From: Bacillota bacterium
GTDB taxonomy: Bacteria > Bacillota > Clostridia > Christensenellales > CAG-138
Direction of reading: 5' to 3'
Length of the DNA: 64,000 nt
Assembly (NCBI GenBank): GCA_023390655.1
Contig: JAEWCL010000001.1
Location: 23,766-87,765 of the forward strand
The notes beneath the pieces were generated by a model, which did no database searches, was not told where the DNA came from, and saw only the letters and a list, made by a program, of their open reading frames with translations. The position numbers and the translations under genes were made by a program. Positions 16,758 to 27,471 of this stretch are shown here, one piece after another; the stretch's first letter is position 1, and every line of letters starts with the position of its first letter.

Positions 16758-17900
16758 ATGGAAGTATTGCGTAAAAATGTAGATGGGAGGCTGCTTCGCT
16801 GCGGCTACACAACAGGCGCCTGCGCCGCGGCCGCGGCCAAGGCGGCAACGGCCATGCTCCTAACGGATGGGCCTGCACCGACCGTTTTACTTCCTACGCC
16901 CAAAGGGGTAATGCTCACCCTCGATGTGCTTGACGCGCAGTTCGGCCCAAATTTCGCTCGCTGCGCGATAAAAAAGGACAGCGGCGACGACCCTGATGTA
17001 ACAAACGGTATTCTTGTGTACGCGCAAGTCGAGTACGGCGACGCGGGCGTCCACATAGAAGGCGGCGAGGGCGTAGGCCGCGTCACAAAACCCGGCCTCG
17101 ACCAACTCGTAGGCGAGGCAGCCATCAACTCCACCCCGCGCCGGATGATCACGGAAGCCGTGGAGGCCGTTTGCGCAGAATGCGGCTATGCGGGCGGCGT
17201 TCGCGTCTGTATTTATGTGCCGGGTGGCGGCGCGCTTGCGAAACGCACCTTTAACCCGCGCATGGGGATAGAGGGTGGCATTTCCATCATCGGCACGACT
17301 GGCATCGTGGAGCCTATGAGCCATGTCGCGCTCATCGATACCATACGGCTGGAGCTTCGCCAGCTTGCGTCCACGGGTATCAAGAATGTTCTCCTTACAC
17401 CTGGCAATTACGGGGAGACATTCGCCGCAACGAAGCTCGGGCTTCCCATGGGCGCGCATGTTGCCTGCTCGAATTTCATTGGCGACGCCATCGATGCAGC
17501 CGTGGAACTCGGCTTTACGAAAATCCTTCTCGTCGGTCATATCGGCAAGCTTGTAAAGCTCGGGATAGGCATGACGAATACCCATTCCGCAAACGGCGAC
17601 GGGCGCATGGAAACGCTTCTTGCCTGTGCGCTTGATGCAGGGGCGGAACTTCCGCTTTTGAAGGAGATCGCCGCTTGTGTCACGACGGACGCGGCACTTG
17701 CGTACCTGCACAGTGCGGGATTGTTACAGGAAACCATGCACATACTCGGTGCGCGCATTGATGCATGTTTAAAGAGGCGCGTACCCGAGGGAGTAGAAAT
17801 CTGCTGTCTTTGCTTTACAAATGCAGAGGGCTTCGGCGGCATCTTAGCGCGGAGCGAAAACGCCGATCGCTTATTACGCCTTTGGAGGGGAAACGCATGA
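16758..17900 (+). CDS. cbiD: cobalt-precorrin-5B (C1)-methyltransferase
   Basis: LRCGYTTGACAAAAAKAA N-terminus, GISIIGTTGIVEPMS. Confidence 0.9.
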   Translation: MEVLRKNVDGRLLRCGYTTGACAAAAAKAATAMLLTDGPAPTVLLPTPKGVMLTLDVLDAQFGPNFARCAIKKDSGDDPDVTNGILVYAQVEYGDAGVHIEGGEGVGRVTKPGLDQLVGEAAINSTPRRMITEAVEAVCAECGYAGGVRVCIYVPGGGALAKRTFNPRMGIEGGISIIGTTGIVEPMSHVALIDTIRLELRQLASTGIKNVLLTPGNYGETFAATKLGLPMGAHVACSNFIGDAIDAAVELGFTKILLVGHIGKLVKLGIGMTNTHSANGDGRMETLLACALDAGAELPLLKEIAACVTTDAALAYLHSAGLLQETMHILGARIDACLKRRVPEGVEICCLCFTNAEGFGGILARSENADRLLRLWRGNA

Positions 17901-18655
17901 TCTACTTCGTGGGGGCGGGCTGCGGGGCGGCGGACCTCATCACCGTGCGGGGCGCGGAGCTTTTAAAAAAAGCGGACGCTATCATCTACGCAGGGTCGCT
18001 CGTAAGCCCTGCGCTTTTAGATTATGCGAAGTCGGATTGCGAGACATTCAACAGCGCGAAGATGACGCTCGATGAGGTAATTGAAGTGATGGAGCGCATG
18101 GAAGCAGACGGCAAAATGACCGTGCGGCTCCACACGGGCGACCCTTCTATATACGGCGCGATACGAGAACAGATGGATCGGCTCGATGCCCTCCATATCC
18201 CTTATGATATCTGTCCCGGCGTATCGAGTTTTTGCGGTGCTGCGGCGGCGCTCAAGGCCGAGTATACGCTGCCCGGCGTGAGCCAAAGCGTGATCATCAC
18301 CCGCATGGAAGGGAGAACGCCCGTGCCGGAGCGGGAAGCGGTCCGCAGCCTTGCCGCGCACCAAACGACCATGGTGATTTTTTTGAGCGCGGGGCTGACG
18401 GAGGACTTACAGGCGGAGCTTCTTGCGGGCGGCTACGGGGCGCAAACGCCCGCCGCCATCGTATACAAGGCGAGCTGGCCGGAGGAAAAGATCGTGCGCT
18501 GCACGGTGGCTACGCTCCATCAGGCGGCGATAAAAAGCAATATCAATAACCATGCGCTCATTGCAGTGGGCGGATTTTTGGGCGATGATTACGAGTTAAG
18601 TAAGCTCTACGACCCCGCGTTTACCACCGCCTTCCGGCAGGGTATGGAACGATGA
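17897..18655 (+). CDS. cbiF: cobalt-precorrin-4 C11-methyltransferase
   Basis: ATGA overlap with cbiD. MIYFVGAGCGAADLITVRGAELLKKADAIIYAGSLV. Confidence 0.85.
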   Translation: MIYFVGAGCGAADLITVRGAELLKKADAIIYAGSLVSPALLDYAKSDCETFNSAKMTLDEVIEVMERMEADGKMTVRLHTGDPSIYGAIREQMDRLDALHIPYDICPGVSSFCGAAAALKAEYTLPGVSQSVIITRMEGRTPVPEREAVRSLAAHQTTMVIFLSAGLTEDLQAELLAGGYGAQTPAAIVYKASWPEEKIVRCTVATLHQAAIKSNINNHALIAVGGFLGDDYELSKLYDPAFTTAFRQGMER

Positions 18656-19671
18656 AGATCGGCATTCTGGCGTTCAGCGAAATGGGATTTTTGCTCGGTA
18701 AAAGGCTGGCAGAATATTTTACGCGCAAGGCCGATGAGACGGACGTAACGCGCTGTAGGGATGGCGGGCTCGCGGCCTGGACGCAAGCACATTTTGTGTC
18801 GGATGAGGCGCTCATTTTCATTGGCTCAACGGGTATCGCCGTGCGCGCCGTAGCGCCCTATGTAAAAAGCAAAGCGAAAGACCCCGCTGTGGTCGTGGTG
18901 GATGAGCTTGGCACGTACAGCGTTTCGCTGCTTTCGGGGCATTTGGGCGGCGCGAACGAACTGGCCGCGGAAATTGCAGAGGTTCTTGACGCCATCCCTG
19001 TCGTCACCACCGCGACCGACCTTCATAGCGTTTTTGCCGTGGATATCTGGGCGAAAAAACAGGGTCTTACCATCATCAACCCCGAGCGCATCAAATGGGT
19101 ATCTTCGCGCCTGCTTGCGGGGGAAACCCTTGCGATGAACAGCGAATTTCCCGTGGCGGGTGAGCCGCCCACAGGGATCAAACTGAGCGAGGACAAAGGC
19201 GACATCCTCGTAACCTGCCACACGTCCGGCGGGGCGGAGGCGCTGCGGCTCGTGCCGCCCATCGTCACGCTCGGCATCGGCTGCAAAAAGGATACGGACG
19301 TGGAAACCATAGAGAACGCGTTTTCCCTGATACTCGCCAAAGCCGGCTGCCATCCCGCCGCCGTCAAGCAGGTATGCAGCATCGACCTGAAAGCGAACGA
19401 GCACAGCATTTTAGAGTTCTGCCGCCGCCACGCGCTGCCTTACCGCACGTTTTCAGCGGCTGCGCTTGCGGCTGTGCCGGGCAAGTTTACGGGCTCTGCC
19501 TTTGTAAAGCGCGTTACGGGTGTGGACAATGTATGCGAGCGGAGCGCGGTGCTGGGGAGCGGGAAAGACGGCAGGCTGATTACACAAAAGTACGCGGGGC
19601 ATGGCGTTGCCATGGCGCTTTCGATAGGGCCGTATGTGCTGCGGCTTTGCGAGGAAGGAACTACGCAATGA
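18652..19671 (+). CDS. cbiG: cobalt-precorrin-5A hydrolase
   Basis: ATGA overlap. CbiG-like regions: IFIGSTGIAVRAVAP, VVVVDELG, VTLGIGCKK. Confidence 0.85.
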   Translation: MKIGILAFSEMGFLLGKRLAEYFTRKADETDVTRCRDGGLAAWTQAHFVSDEALIFIGSTGIAVRAVAPYVKSKAKDPAVVVVDELGTYSVSLLSGHLGGANELAAEIAEVLDAIPVVTTATDLHSVFAVDIWAKKQGLTIINPERIKWVSSRLLAGETLAMNSEFPVAGEPPTGIKLSEDKGDILVTCHTSGGAEALRLVPPIVTLGIGCKKDTDVETIENAFSLILAKAGCHPAAVKQVCSIDLKANEHSILEFCRRHALPYRTFSAAALAAVPGKFTGSAFVKRVTGVDNVCERSAVLGSGKDGRLITQKYAGHGVAMALSIGPYVLRLCEEGTTQ

Positions 19672-20399
19672 GCAGGCTGTATGTTGTTGGTCTCGGCCCC
19701 GGAAATGCAGAAGGCATGACAACCGCCTGCCGCACCGCCATTGAGCGGGCGGACATCGTCGTGGGCTATACGAAGTATATTGAGCTGATTACGCCTCTTT
19801 ATCCTGAGAAGCCGGTCTTTTCTACGCCCATGCTCGGAGAGGTGGAACGCTGCCGGCATGCGCTCGCGCTTGCGGACAAAGGGCAGACCGTAGCGGTTGT
19901 ATGTAGCGGCGACGCGGGCGTATACGGCATGGCGGGGCTTATTTTAGAACTCGCGGGGGAACATCCGAACGTGGAAATAGAGATCGTTCCCGGCGTTACG
20001 GCGGCGCTCGCGGGCGCAGCTATTTTGGGCGCGCCGCTGACGCACGATTTTGCGGTGATCAGCCTTTCCGATCTTCTCACTCCGTGGGAGCTGATCGAAA
20101 AGCGCCTATCCTGCGCCGCCATAGGGGATTTCTGCATTGCGCTCTACAACCCGTCCAGCAAAAAGCGGGCGGACTATTTGGAAAGAGCCTGCGATATCCT
20201 TTTGCAGTATAAATCGCCCGATACGCTGTGCGGCATCACGCAGAACATCGGGCGCGGCGGCGAAAGCAAGGAACTTATGACTTTACGTGAGCTTCGGGGC
20301 GTGAAGGCCGATATGTTCACCACCGTGTTCGTCGGCAACACGCAAACAAAAAAGATCGCGGGTAAACTGGTAACGCCGAGGGGGTATCGCCTTGGCTGA
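19668..20399 (+). CDS. cbiH: cobalt-factor III / precorrin-3B C17-methyltransferase
   Basis: ATGA overlap. LYVVGLGPGNAEGMT...ADIVVGYTKYIELI, VVCSGDAGVYGMAG. Confidence 0.85.
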   Translation: MSRLYVVGLGPGNAEGMTTACRTAIERADIVVGYTKYIELITPLYPEKPVFSTPMLGEVERCRHALALADKGQTVAVVCSGDAGVYGMAGLILELAGEHPNVEIEIVPGVTAALAGAAILGAPLTHDFAVISLSDLLTPWELIEKRLSCAAIGDFCIALYNPSSKKRADYLERACDILLQYKSPDTLCGITQNIGRGGESKELMTLRELRGVKADMFTTVFVGNTQTKKIAGKLVTPRGYRLG

Positions 20400-21144
20400 A
20401 ATTATCCTGTTCGGCGGCACAAGCGAGGGACGGGAGCTTGCGGCGCTCCTGAAAGCCAGGAATATTTCCGCGCTCGCATGCGTCGCTACGGAATACGGGG
20501 AATCGCTTCTCGATGCGGGCGGCAGCGTAGAAGTGCATATGGGGAGGCTTGACGAAAATGCCATGGCCGGGCTTATTCAGGAACACGGCCCGCGCTTTGT
20601 ACTCGACGCCACGCACCCTTACGCGGACGCGGTGAGCAGAAACCTCCGCGCCGCCTGCGAGAGGGCAAATACCGCATACCTTCGCGTGAAGCGCGAAAGC
20701 GCCATGGAGGACGGATTTCTAAGCTTTTCCTCCATGGACGCACTGGTCAAATGGCTCAATACGACCGACGGCATGATATTTTCCGGCCTCGGGGCGAAGG
20801 AGGCGCGCGCGCTTACCGCCGTAACAGGCTTCGAACGCCGCGTTTGGCTCCGCATTTTGCCCTTTATAGAAGGGCTCAACGTCTGCCTCAAGGCGGGCTT
20901 CCCCGCAAAACACATCATCTGCATGCAGGGGCCGTTTTCAGAAGAGCTCAACGCCGCCATGTTCCGCGCGGCGGGGGCGGAGATCCTCATCACCAAGGAA
21001 TCGGGCGCGGCGGGGGGATTTACAGAAAAGCTCGCGGCGGCGCGCGCCTGCGATATGGTTGTAGCGGTGTTAAAGCGCCCCGATGAGGAAGCGGGGCTTA
21101 CCTTGGAGGAAGCAAAACGAAAGATCGAAGGCGGGGGGCTATGA
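20392..21144 (+). CDS. cbiJ: cobalt-precorrin-6A reductase
   Basis: TTG start overlapping the cbiH stop. ILFGGTSEGRELA, DATHPYA, LITKESG. Confidence 0.85.
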   Translation: MAEIILFGGTSEGRELAALLKARNISALACVATEYGESLLDAGGSVEVHMGRLDENAMAGLIQEHGPRFVLDATHPYADAVSRNLRAACERANTAYLRVKRESAMEDGFLSFSSMDALVKWLNTTDGMIFSGLGAKEARALTAVTGFERRVWLRILPFIEGLNVCLKAGFPAKHIICMQGPFSEELNAAMFRAAGAEILITKESGAAGGFTEKLAAARACDMVVAVLKRPDEEAGLTLEEAKRKIEGGGL

Positions 21145-22328
21145 AACGTGTAGCCATCATAGGCATCGGCATGGGCGCAGATACCGTAACGGGAGAGGGC
21201 CTGCGCGCCATCGAGCAGGCGGAAGCCGTTTTGGGCGCGCCGCGCATGCTCTTGGCATTTTCCCGTTTTGAGAAACCCGCGTATGCGGTATACGAGCCGG
21301 AGAAGGTAAAGGCGGTTCTCGACGAAAGCGGCATGCAACGCTTTGCCGTGCTGGTTTCTGGCGATACGGGCTTTTACAGCGCGGCGGATGGGCTGAATTT
21401 GGCGCTTTCCGGCTATGAAATAGAATTGATCCCCGGCATTTCCTCCGTTTCGTATTTCTTTGCAAAACTCAAGCGCCCCTGGCAGGATGTGGCGCTTGCA
21501 AGCTGCCATGGCAGGGAAACGAACTTTACGGATACCGTGCGCCGCAATCGCCTGACCTTCACCCTTATGGGCGGCAATGCAGACGTGCTTGCAAAAGGGC
21601 TTATAGAGGCAGGCTTCGGCGGATTAACAGCAACCATAGGCGAAAACCTCGGCACAGAAAACGAGCGTATCTTTACGCTGCCGGTAAACGAGCTTATAAA
21701 AGCGTCCATCGCCAAGCTGGCGGTGCTGCTCCTGGAAAACCCAAACGCGGACGCGCGCATCCGCTTCGGCATCCCCGACGAGGAATTTATACGAGGTAAT
21801 GTGCCCATGACAAAATCCGAGGTGCGCGCCGTGAGCCTGAGCCGCCTCGCGCTTTCCCCCGATGCAGTCTGCTGCGACATCGGCGCGGGCACTGGCTCCG
21901 TGACGGTGGAAATGGCGCTCGCCGCCTACAACGGCCATGTTTACGCGGTGGATCAGAACGAGGAAGCGGTTTCGCTGATTACGGAAAATTGCAGGCGCTT
22001 TCATATCGGCAACGTGACGCCGGTGCTAGGCAGCGCGCCCGAGGCGCTTTTTGCGCTTCCACCGTTCGATACGGCATTCATCGGCGGGAGCGGGGGAGAG
22101 GTGGGGGATATTTTTGCGGCGGTTTTATCGAAAAATCCACTTGCACACATCGTGGTGAACGCAATCGCTCTGGAAACCGTGCATGCGGCGGTTGAGGCAT
22201 TCAAGGCGCACGGCATCGTGCCTGAGATTGTACAGCTTAACGCCGCGCGGGCAAAGCCCGCGGGCGGCTTGCATATGATGCTGGCGCAGAACCCCGTGTT
22301 CATCGTTTCGGGCGGAGGGAAGCCATGA
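21141..22328 (+). CDS. cbiET: fused cobalt-precorrin-7 C5-methyltransferase / cobalt-precorrin-6B C15-methyltransferase (decarboxylating)
   Basis: N-terminal TP-methylase half (IIGIGMG...VLVSGDTGFYS). C-terminal CbiT SAM-MTase half (MTKSEVRAVSLSRL...DIGAGTGSVTVE). Confidence 0.85.
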   Translation: MKRVAIIGIGMGADTVTGEGLRAIEQAEAVLGAPRMLLAFSRFEKPAYAVYEPEKVKAVLDESGMQRFAVLVSGDTGFYSAADGLNLALSGYEIELIPGISSVSYFFAKLKRPWQDVALASCHGRETNFTDTVRRNRLTFTLMGGNADVLAKGLIEAGFGGLTATIGENLGTENERIFTLPVNELIKASIAKLAVLLLENPNADARIRFGIPDEEFIRGNVPMTKSEVRAVSLSRLALSPDAVCCDIGAGTGSVTVEMALAAYNGHVYAVDQNEEAVSLITENCRRFHIGNVTPVLGSAPEALFALPPFDTAFIGGSGGEVGDIFAAVLSKNPLAHIVVNAIALETVHAAVEAFKAHGIVPEIVQLNAARAKPAGGLHMMLAQNPVFIVSGGGKP

Positions 22329-23656
22329 ATAGACGTATTTTGATCGCGGGTACGCATTCGGGCTGCGGCAAAACCACCGTAACATTGGCGCTTTTATCTG
22401 CACTCAAAGCGCGGGGGATTCCGCTCGCCGCGTTCAAATGCGGGCCGGATTATATCGACCCCATGTTCCACAGAGAGGCGCTTAAAGTGCCCAGCCGCAA
22501 CCTCGATCCGTATTTCAGTACGGACGCCGCGCTTCGCGCCGCGCTCGCGGAACAAAGCGGGAAGCTCTCTGTAATCGAAGGAGTGATGGGCTATTACGAC
22601 GGCGTGGGCCCGGCGGGCGAATTCAGCACCTACGACGTGGCGCGGTATACGAAAACGCCCGTCATCCTCGTGGTAAACGCAAAGGGTATGTATACCTCTG
22701 CGGGCGCGATTTTGCACGGCTTTCGGGAGTTTCAGCCCCAAAGCAACGTGCGCGGCGTCATCTTTAACGGCGTATCGCAGGGGCTTTACGAAGGCCTGAA
22801 GCAAATTGCGCTGGACGCGGGTGTTACGCCCTTGGGATTTTTGCCGCATGACAGGGAACTCTCCATCAGCAGCCGTCACCTGGGGCTTGTCACAGCGGAT
22901 GAAATCGGCGGTCTGCAGGAAAAGCTCGGCGCGCTCGGTACGCTTGCACAGATGCATACCGACATCGACGGCATACTTGCGCTTGCCGCGTCCGCGCCCA
23001 CCCTTCATGAGAAAGCGCAGGAGGTAAGCTCCATTGCAAGCGCCCGCGTCGCCGTGGCGCGGGACAGTGCGTTTTGCTTCCTCTATGAAGAAAACCTGGT
23101 GCTTCTTCGTACGCTCGGGTGCGAGCTTTGCTTCTTCAGCCCCCTAAACGATGCGGCTTTGCCCCAAAACATCGGCGCGTTGTATCTGCCGGGCGGCTAT
23201 CCGGAGCTTCATCTTGAGGCGTTATCGGCTAACGTTCCGATGCGCCAAGCCGTGAAGGCCGCCATAGAGGATGGGCTTCCCACGCTTGCCGAATGCGGCG
23301 GCTTCCTGTATCTGCACGATACGCTCGACGGCTGCCCCATGGCGGGCGCTATATGCGCAAAGGCATATCGGACAGAGAAATTACAACGCTTTGGTTACGA
23401 AACGCTGACCGCAAAGCGGGATAACCTCCTGTGCAAGGCGGGCGAAAGCATCCGCGCGCACGAGTTCCATTATTATGAAAGCTCCTTCTGCGGCGATGCT
23501 TTTACCGCACAAAAGCCAAACGGTCTAATGTGGGACAGCATTCATGCGTCTGAAAGTCTGTACGCGGGCTTTCCGCATTTGTATTTTCCGGCAAACAGAA
23601 GCTTTGCGGAGCAATTCGTAAGGAAGGCAAACGATTATGCTAACAAACATATTTGA
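22325..23656 (+). CDS. cbiA: cobyrinate a,c-diamide synthase
   Basis: ILIAGTHSGCGKTTVTLAL, CGPDYIDP, GATase-like C-terminal half with AECGG. Confidence 0.9.
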   Translation: MNRRILIAGTHSGCGKTTVTLALLSALKARGIPLAAFKCGPDYIDPMFHREALKVPSRNLDPYFSTDAALRAALAEQSGKLSVIEGVMGYYDGVGPAGEFSTYDVARYTKTPVILVVNAKGMYTSAGAILHGFREFQPQSNVRGVIFNGVSQGLYEGLKQIALDAGVTPLGFLPHDRELSISSRHLGLVTADEIGGLQEKLGALGTLAQMHTDIDGILALAASAPTLHEKAQEVSSIASARVAVARDSAFCFLYEENLVLLRTLGCELCFFSPLNDAALPQNIGALYLPGGYPELHLEALSANVPMRQAVKAAIEDGLPTLAECGGFLYLHDTLDGCPMAGAICAKAYRTEKLQRFGYETLTAKRDNLLCKAGESIRAHEFHYYESSFCGDAFTAQKPNGLMWDSIHASESLYAGFPHLYFPANRSFAEQFVRKANDYANKHI

Positions 23657-24683
23657 AATTCAACCCGTGGATGAGGCGGCTTATGCCGCCTGTATCGCCC
23701 GCTTCGATCAGGTGGCAAAGCCCGTAGGAAGTCTCGGGAAGCTCGAAACCTTGCTGGCGAAGATCGCTGCCGTTTCCGGCAGCGCGGAGATCGATCTCAC
23801 AAAAAAATGCGTCCTGGTGTTTTGCGCGGACAACGGTGTAACGGCGCAGGGAGTATCGCAAAGCGGGTCCGAGGTCACTTCTGCCATTGCGCGGATGCTC
23901 GCAAACGGAAAATCGGGCGTTTGCGTGATGGCGAAGGCCTGCGGCGCGGACGTGTTCCCCGTGGATGTGGGCATGGCGGATACCGTGGACGGTATCCTGA
24001 ACCGCAAGTTCGTTTTCGGCACAAACGATATCACGAAAGGCCCTGCCATGATGCGCGAAACGGCCATAAGGGCCATCGAGCTTGGCGCAGCATTGGTCAA
24101 AGAGAAGAAAGAGCAGGGTTACAGGCTGATCGCCACGGGCGAAACAGGCATTGGCAACACCACCACCGCGAGCGCCATGGCAAGCGTCTTGCTGCATGCA
24201 CCTGTAGAGACGGTCACGGGGCGTGGCGCGGGCCTGAGCGACGAAGGGCTTTTGCGCAAGCGCGCCGCGATCGTGGAGGCCATTCGCGTGAACGCGCCCG
24301 ACGCAAGTGACCCCATTGACGTGCTTACAAAGGTGGGCGGCCTTGACATTGCCGCCATGGTGGGCGCGTTCTTAGGTGGTGCTATCTACCGCGTACCCGT
24401 CGTGATGGACGGCGTGATTTCCGCTGTGGCAGCACGCATTGCCGTAACGCTCCATCCCTTGGTTCGTGGCTATATCATTCCTTCCCATGTCAGCGCCGAA
24501 CCCGCCGCGCGGTTGATCTGTAAGACGCTTGGAATGGAGCCTATCCTCCATGCGGAACTGCGGCTTGGCGAGGGCACAGGTGCTGTGGCACTGTTTCCGC
24601 TCCTCGATATGGCGGCTGCGGTTTATAAAAATGCGGCCACGTTTGCGGATATCGCGGTGGACGCGTACAAGAGGCAACCGTGA
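23637..24683 (+). CDS. cobT: nicotinate-nucleotide--dimethylbenzimidazole phosphoribosyltransferase
   Basis: KPVGSLGKLE, FCADNGV, GETGIGNTTTASA, GEGTGA. Confidence 0.9.
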   Translation: MLTNIFEIQPVDEAAYAACIARFDQVAKPVGSLGKLETLLAKIAAVSGSAEIDLTKKCVLVFCADNGVTAQGVSQSGSEVTSAIARMLANGKSGVCVMAKACGADVFPVDVGMADTVDGILNRKFVFGTNDITKGPAMMRETAIRAIELGAALVKEKKEQGYRLIATGETGIGNTTTASAMASVLLHAPVETVTGRGAGLSDEGLLRKRAAIVEAIRVNAPDASDPIDVLTKVGGLDIAAMVGAFLGGAIYRVPVVMDGVISAVAARIAVTLHPLVRGYIIPSHVSAEPAARLICKTLGMEPILHAELRLGEGTGAVALFPLLDMAAAVYKNAATFADIAVDAYKRQP

Positions 24684-25195
24684 TGATCCTTGTCACAGGC
24701 AAAAACGGCAGCGGCAAAAGCGCCTTCGCGGAAAGCCTCGTTTGCTGCGCGGGCGGGGCGCGCTACTATATCGCCACAATGATCCCGAACGGGGCGGAAG
24801 GTGCTGCGCGGGTGAAGAAACACCTGCGCCAGCGGGAGAGTGGGGGCTTTCTTACGCTGGAGCTTCCGTATGTTGTCGGCGACGCCGCTATTCCGCCAGA
24901 TGCCGCGGTACTGCTTGAGGATGTATCGAACCTGCTCGGCAACCGCATGTTTGAGCGCGGCGGTACGGCGGGGGAAACGCTTGCGGATATCAGGGTGCTC
25001 CATGAACGCTGCCGCATCCTTGTTGCGGTAACGATCGGCGGCTTGGACGCGGCGGTCTATGAGGGGGAAACGCGCATCTATATCGAGGCCCTCAACGCGC
25101 TCAACGCCGCGCTTTATGATCTGGCCGATACCGTGGTGGAAATGAAAAATGGAGTTCCGCAGCTTAAAAAAGGAGAAGACGATGCGCTTTCTTGA
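24680..25195 (+). CDS. cobU: adenosylcobinamide kinase / adenosylcobinamide-phosphate guanylyltransferase
   Basis: P-loop VTGKNGSGKSAFAE, YIATM, small size (171 aa). Start GTG 24680 or ATG 24683. Confidence 0.9.
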   Translation: MMILVTGKNGSGKSAFAESLVCCAGGARYYIATMIPNGAEGAARVKKHLRQRESGGFLTLELPYVVGDAAIPPDAAVLLEDVSNLLGNRMFERGGTAGETLADIRVLHERCRILVAVTIGGLDAAVYEGETRIYIEALNALNAALYDLADTVVEMKNGVPQLKKGEDDALS

Positions 25196-25943
25196 ACCGG
25201 TGTGGATCGCGATCAGCACGTACAGCGTTTTCCCCGCGCCGCGCTTTGACTGGAATGAAAGGAATATGCGCTTTTCCATCTGCTTTTTGCCGCTGGTAGG
25301 GCTTTTTATAGGCGCGGCGCTCTGCCTTTGGAGGTGGGCGGCAAAGGTGCTTATGGTGGATGGCATCCTGTTTGCCGCCGTTGCGGTGGCGCTCCCGATC
25401 CTCCTTACGGGCGGCATCCATATGGATGGCTTTATGGACACGGTGGATGCGCTTGCCTCACACCAAGAACGCGAAAAAAAACTCGCCATTCTAAAAGACC
25501 CGCACACGGGCGCGTTCGCCGTCGTTTACTGCGGCGTGTATCTGCTTTTGAGCTTTGGGCTCTATCACGCGCTTTTTCAAACGGAGACGCTTTTTATCGT
25601 ATGCTTTGGCTTCGTTCTGTCGCGGGCGTTGGCGGTATTCGGCGCGGTAACGCTTCCAAACGCGCGCAAGGGGGGCATGCTCCGCGCCTTCACCGGGCAT
25701 GCTCATAAGCGCGCGGTTATGATCTCTATGGCCGCTGTGGCATTCCTTTCTATCGGGGGCATGGCGTGGCGTTCGCCCGTAGCCGGCGGATTCGCCGCGG
25801 GCTTCGCGCTTCTCGCGTTTTTTGCATACCGCGCCATGGCGATGAAGCAATTTGGCGGCGCGACAGGCGATACCACGGGCTTTTTCCTGCAAGCTACAGA
25901 GCTTGCGCTTCTTTTCGGCGCATGGATTGGAGGGCTTTTGTGA
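25182..25943 (+). CDS. cobS: adenosylcobinamide-GDP ribazoletransferase (cobalamin synthase)
   Basis: Start at MRFLEP after AAGGAG. Polytopic, with GGIHMDGFMDTVDAL and GGATGDTTG. Confidence 0.85.
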   Translation: MRFLEPVWIAISTYSVFPAPRFDWNERNMRFSICFLPLVGLFIGAALCLWRWAAKVLMVDGILFAAVAVALPILLTGGIHMDGFMDTVDALASHQEREKKLAILKDPHTGAFAVVYCGVYLLLSFGLYHALFQTETLFIVCFGFVLSRALAVFGAVTLPNARKGGMLRAFTGHAHKRAVMISMAAVAFLSIGGMAWRSPVAGGFAAGFALLAFFAYRAMAMKQFGGATGDTTGFFLQATELALLFGAWIGGLL

Positions 25944-26521
25944 AAGCAGTCTATCTCATTCGCCATGGCATGACGAATGGCAATAGAGAAAAACGTTATA
26001 TCGGAAGGTCAAACGAGCCGCTTTGCGGGGAAGGGAAAATACAGGCGGCGGCGTTGAAAGCCACGCATCTTCCTGCGTTCGGCCGCGTTTTTACAAGCCC
26101 GTATCTCCGTTGCGTGGAAACGGCATCTATTTTGTTCCCCGATACGGAATTCACCGCCGTATATGGACTCCGGGAATGTGATTTTGGCATCTTCGAGGGC
26201 AAAACGGCGGCAGAACTTGAGCGCAGCGCGGCATATCATGGGTGGCTCGCAACAGGATGCACCGGCCCCATACCCGGGGGCGAAAGCGTGGAGGATTTTA
26301 AGGCGCGCTGCCGCATTGCATTTCTTGAGGCTATAGCGGAAACGCCCGAAAACAGCGCTTGCGCATTCGTCATCCACGGCGGCTGCATCATGGCAATTTT
26401 GGAGGCTTATGCCGTGCCCAAACGTGCGTTTTATGACTGCCACATCAAAAACTGCGGATTTGTGCGCTGCGTTTTCAATGGCCGTGCGCTCACGATAGAG
26501 GGAGGTTCTCTATGCTCATAG
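25940..26521 (+). CDS. cobC: alpha-ribazole phosphatase (histidine phosphatase family)
   Basis: GTG start (GTGA overlap with cobS; GGAGGG 8 nt upstream). VYLIRHGMTNGN catalytic RHG motif, and HGG later in the sequence. Confidence 0.75.
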   Translation: MKAVYLIRHGMTNGNREKRYIGRSNEPLCGEGKIQAAALKATHLPAFGRVFTSPYLRCVETASILFPDTEFTAVYGLRECDFGIFEGKTAAELERSAAYHGWLATGCTGPIPGGESVEDFKARCRIAFLEAIAETPENSACAFVIHGGCIMAILEAYAVPKRAFYDCHIKNCGFVRCVFNGRALTIEGGSLCS

Positions 26522-27471
26522 CTCTTTCCACGCTCGCCCTGTGCGCGGGCTTCGTCCTCGACCTGCTCTTAGGCGACCCGCAGGGCTGGCCGCATGTTGT
26601 ACGCGGCATCGGCAGGCTAATCGCCGCTTTGGAAAAGGTGTTTTACCCCATGGAAAACAAACACCTTGGCGGCACGCTGCTTGTCTTGTCCGTTCTTCTT
26701 ATTTGCACGGTGCTGCCCACGGCACTTCTCTACTTGGCGTGGCGGCTGTCGCCCTGGGCGTACCTTGTCTTGGAGGCGCTTTTGTGCTGGCAGCTTCTTG
26801 CCCTCAGGAGTCTGCGGACCGAAAGCCGGAAGGTGTACGATGAGTTGATAAAAAGCGATCTCCCCGCCGCGCGCAAGGCGGTTTCCATGATCGTTGGGCG
26901 CGATACGGCGGCCTTGGATGAAGCGGGTGTGACCCGCGCCGCCGTAGAGACCGTGGCGGAAAACGCTTCCGATGGTGTGATTGCGCCGCTGTTCTACCTT
27001 GCACTCGGCGGGGCGGTGTTCGGCATGTTTTATAAGGCTGTTAACACCATGGATTCCATGATTGGCTACAAAAATGAACGATATTTAGACTTTGGCCGCT
27101 TTGCGGCGAAGCTCGATGATTGTATGAACTACCTTCCTTCGCGGTTGAGCGCGCTCCTTATGATCATGATGGCGCGGCCCTGCGGTTTGGATACAAAAAA
27201 AGCGTATCGCATTTGGAAGCGTGACCGCCGCAAGCACGCGAGCCCCAACTCCGCGCAGACAGAGGCAGTCATGGCTGGGGCGCTTCATGTGCGTCTTGCC
27301 GGAAACGCGTATTACTTTGGAAAACTTTATAAAAAGCCGACGATCGGCGACGATCTGCGGCCCATCGAAGCCGGGGACATCCTTTTGTCACACAGGCTTC
27401 TCAACGCAGCCTCAGTCCTGATGTTGTTGCTTTCGCTTATTGTAAGGGGGTGTTTGTATGCTGCGGTATGA
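26512..27471 (+). CDS. cbiB: adenosylcobinamide-phosphate synthase
   Basis: DLLLGDPQGWPH, membrane protein, MIVGRDT, DSMIGYKN, HASPNSA. Confidence 0.9.
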   Translation: MLIALSTLALCAGFVLDLLLGDPQGWPHVVRGIGRLIAALEKVFYPMENKHLGGTLLVLSVLLICTVLPTALLYLAWRLSPWAYLVLEALLCWQLLALRSLRTESRKVYDELIKSDLPAARKAVSMIVGRDTAALDEAGVTRAAVETVAENASDGVIAPLFYLALGGAVFGMFYKAVNTMDSMIGYKNERYLDFGRFAAKLDDCMNYLPSRLSALLMIMMARPCGLDTKKAYRIWKRDRRKHASPNSAQTEAVMAGALHVRLAGNAYYFGKLYKKPTIGDDLRPIEAGDILLSHRLLNAASVLMLLLSLIVRGCLYAAV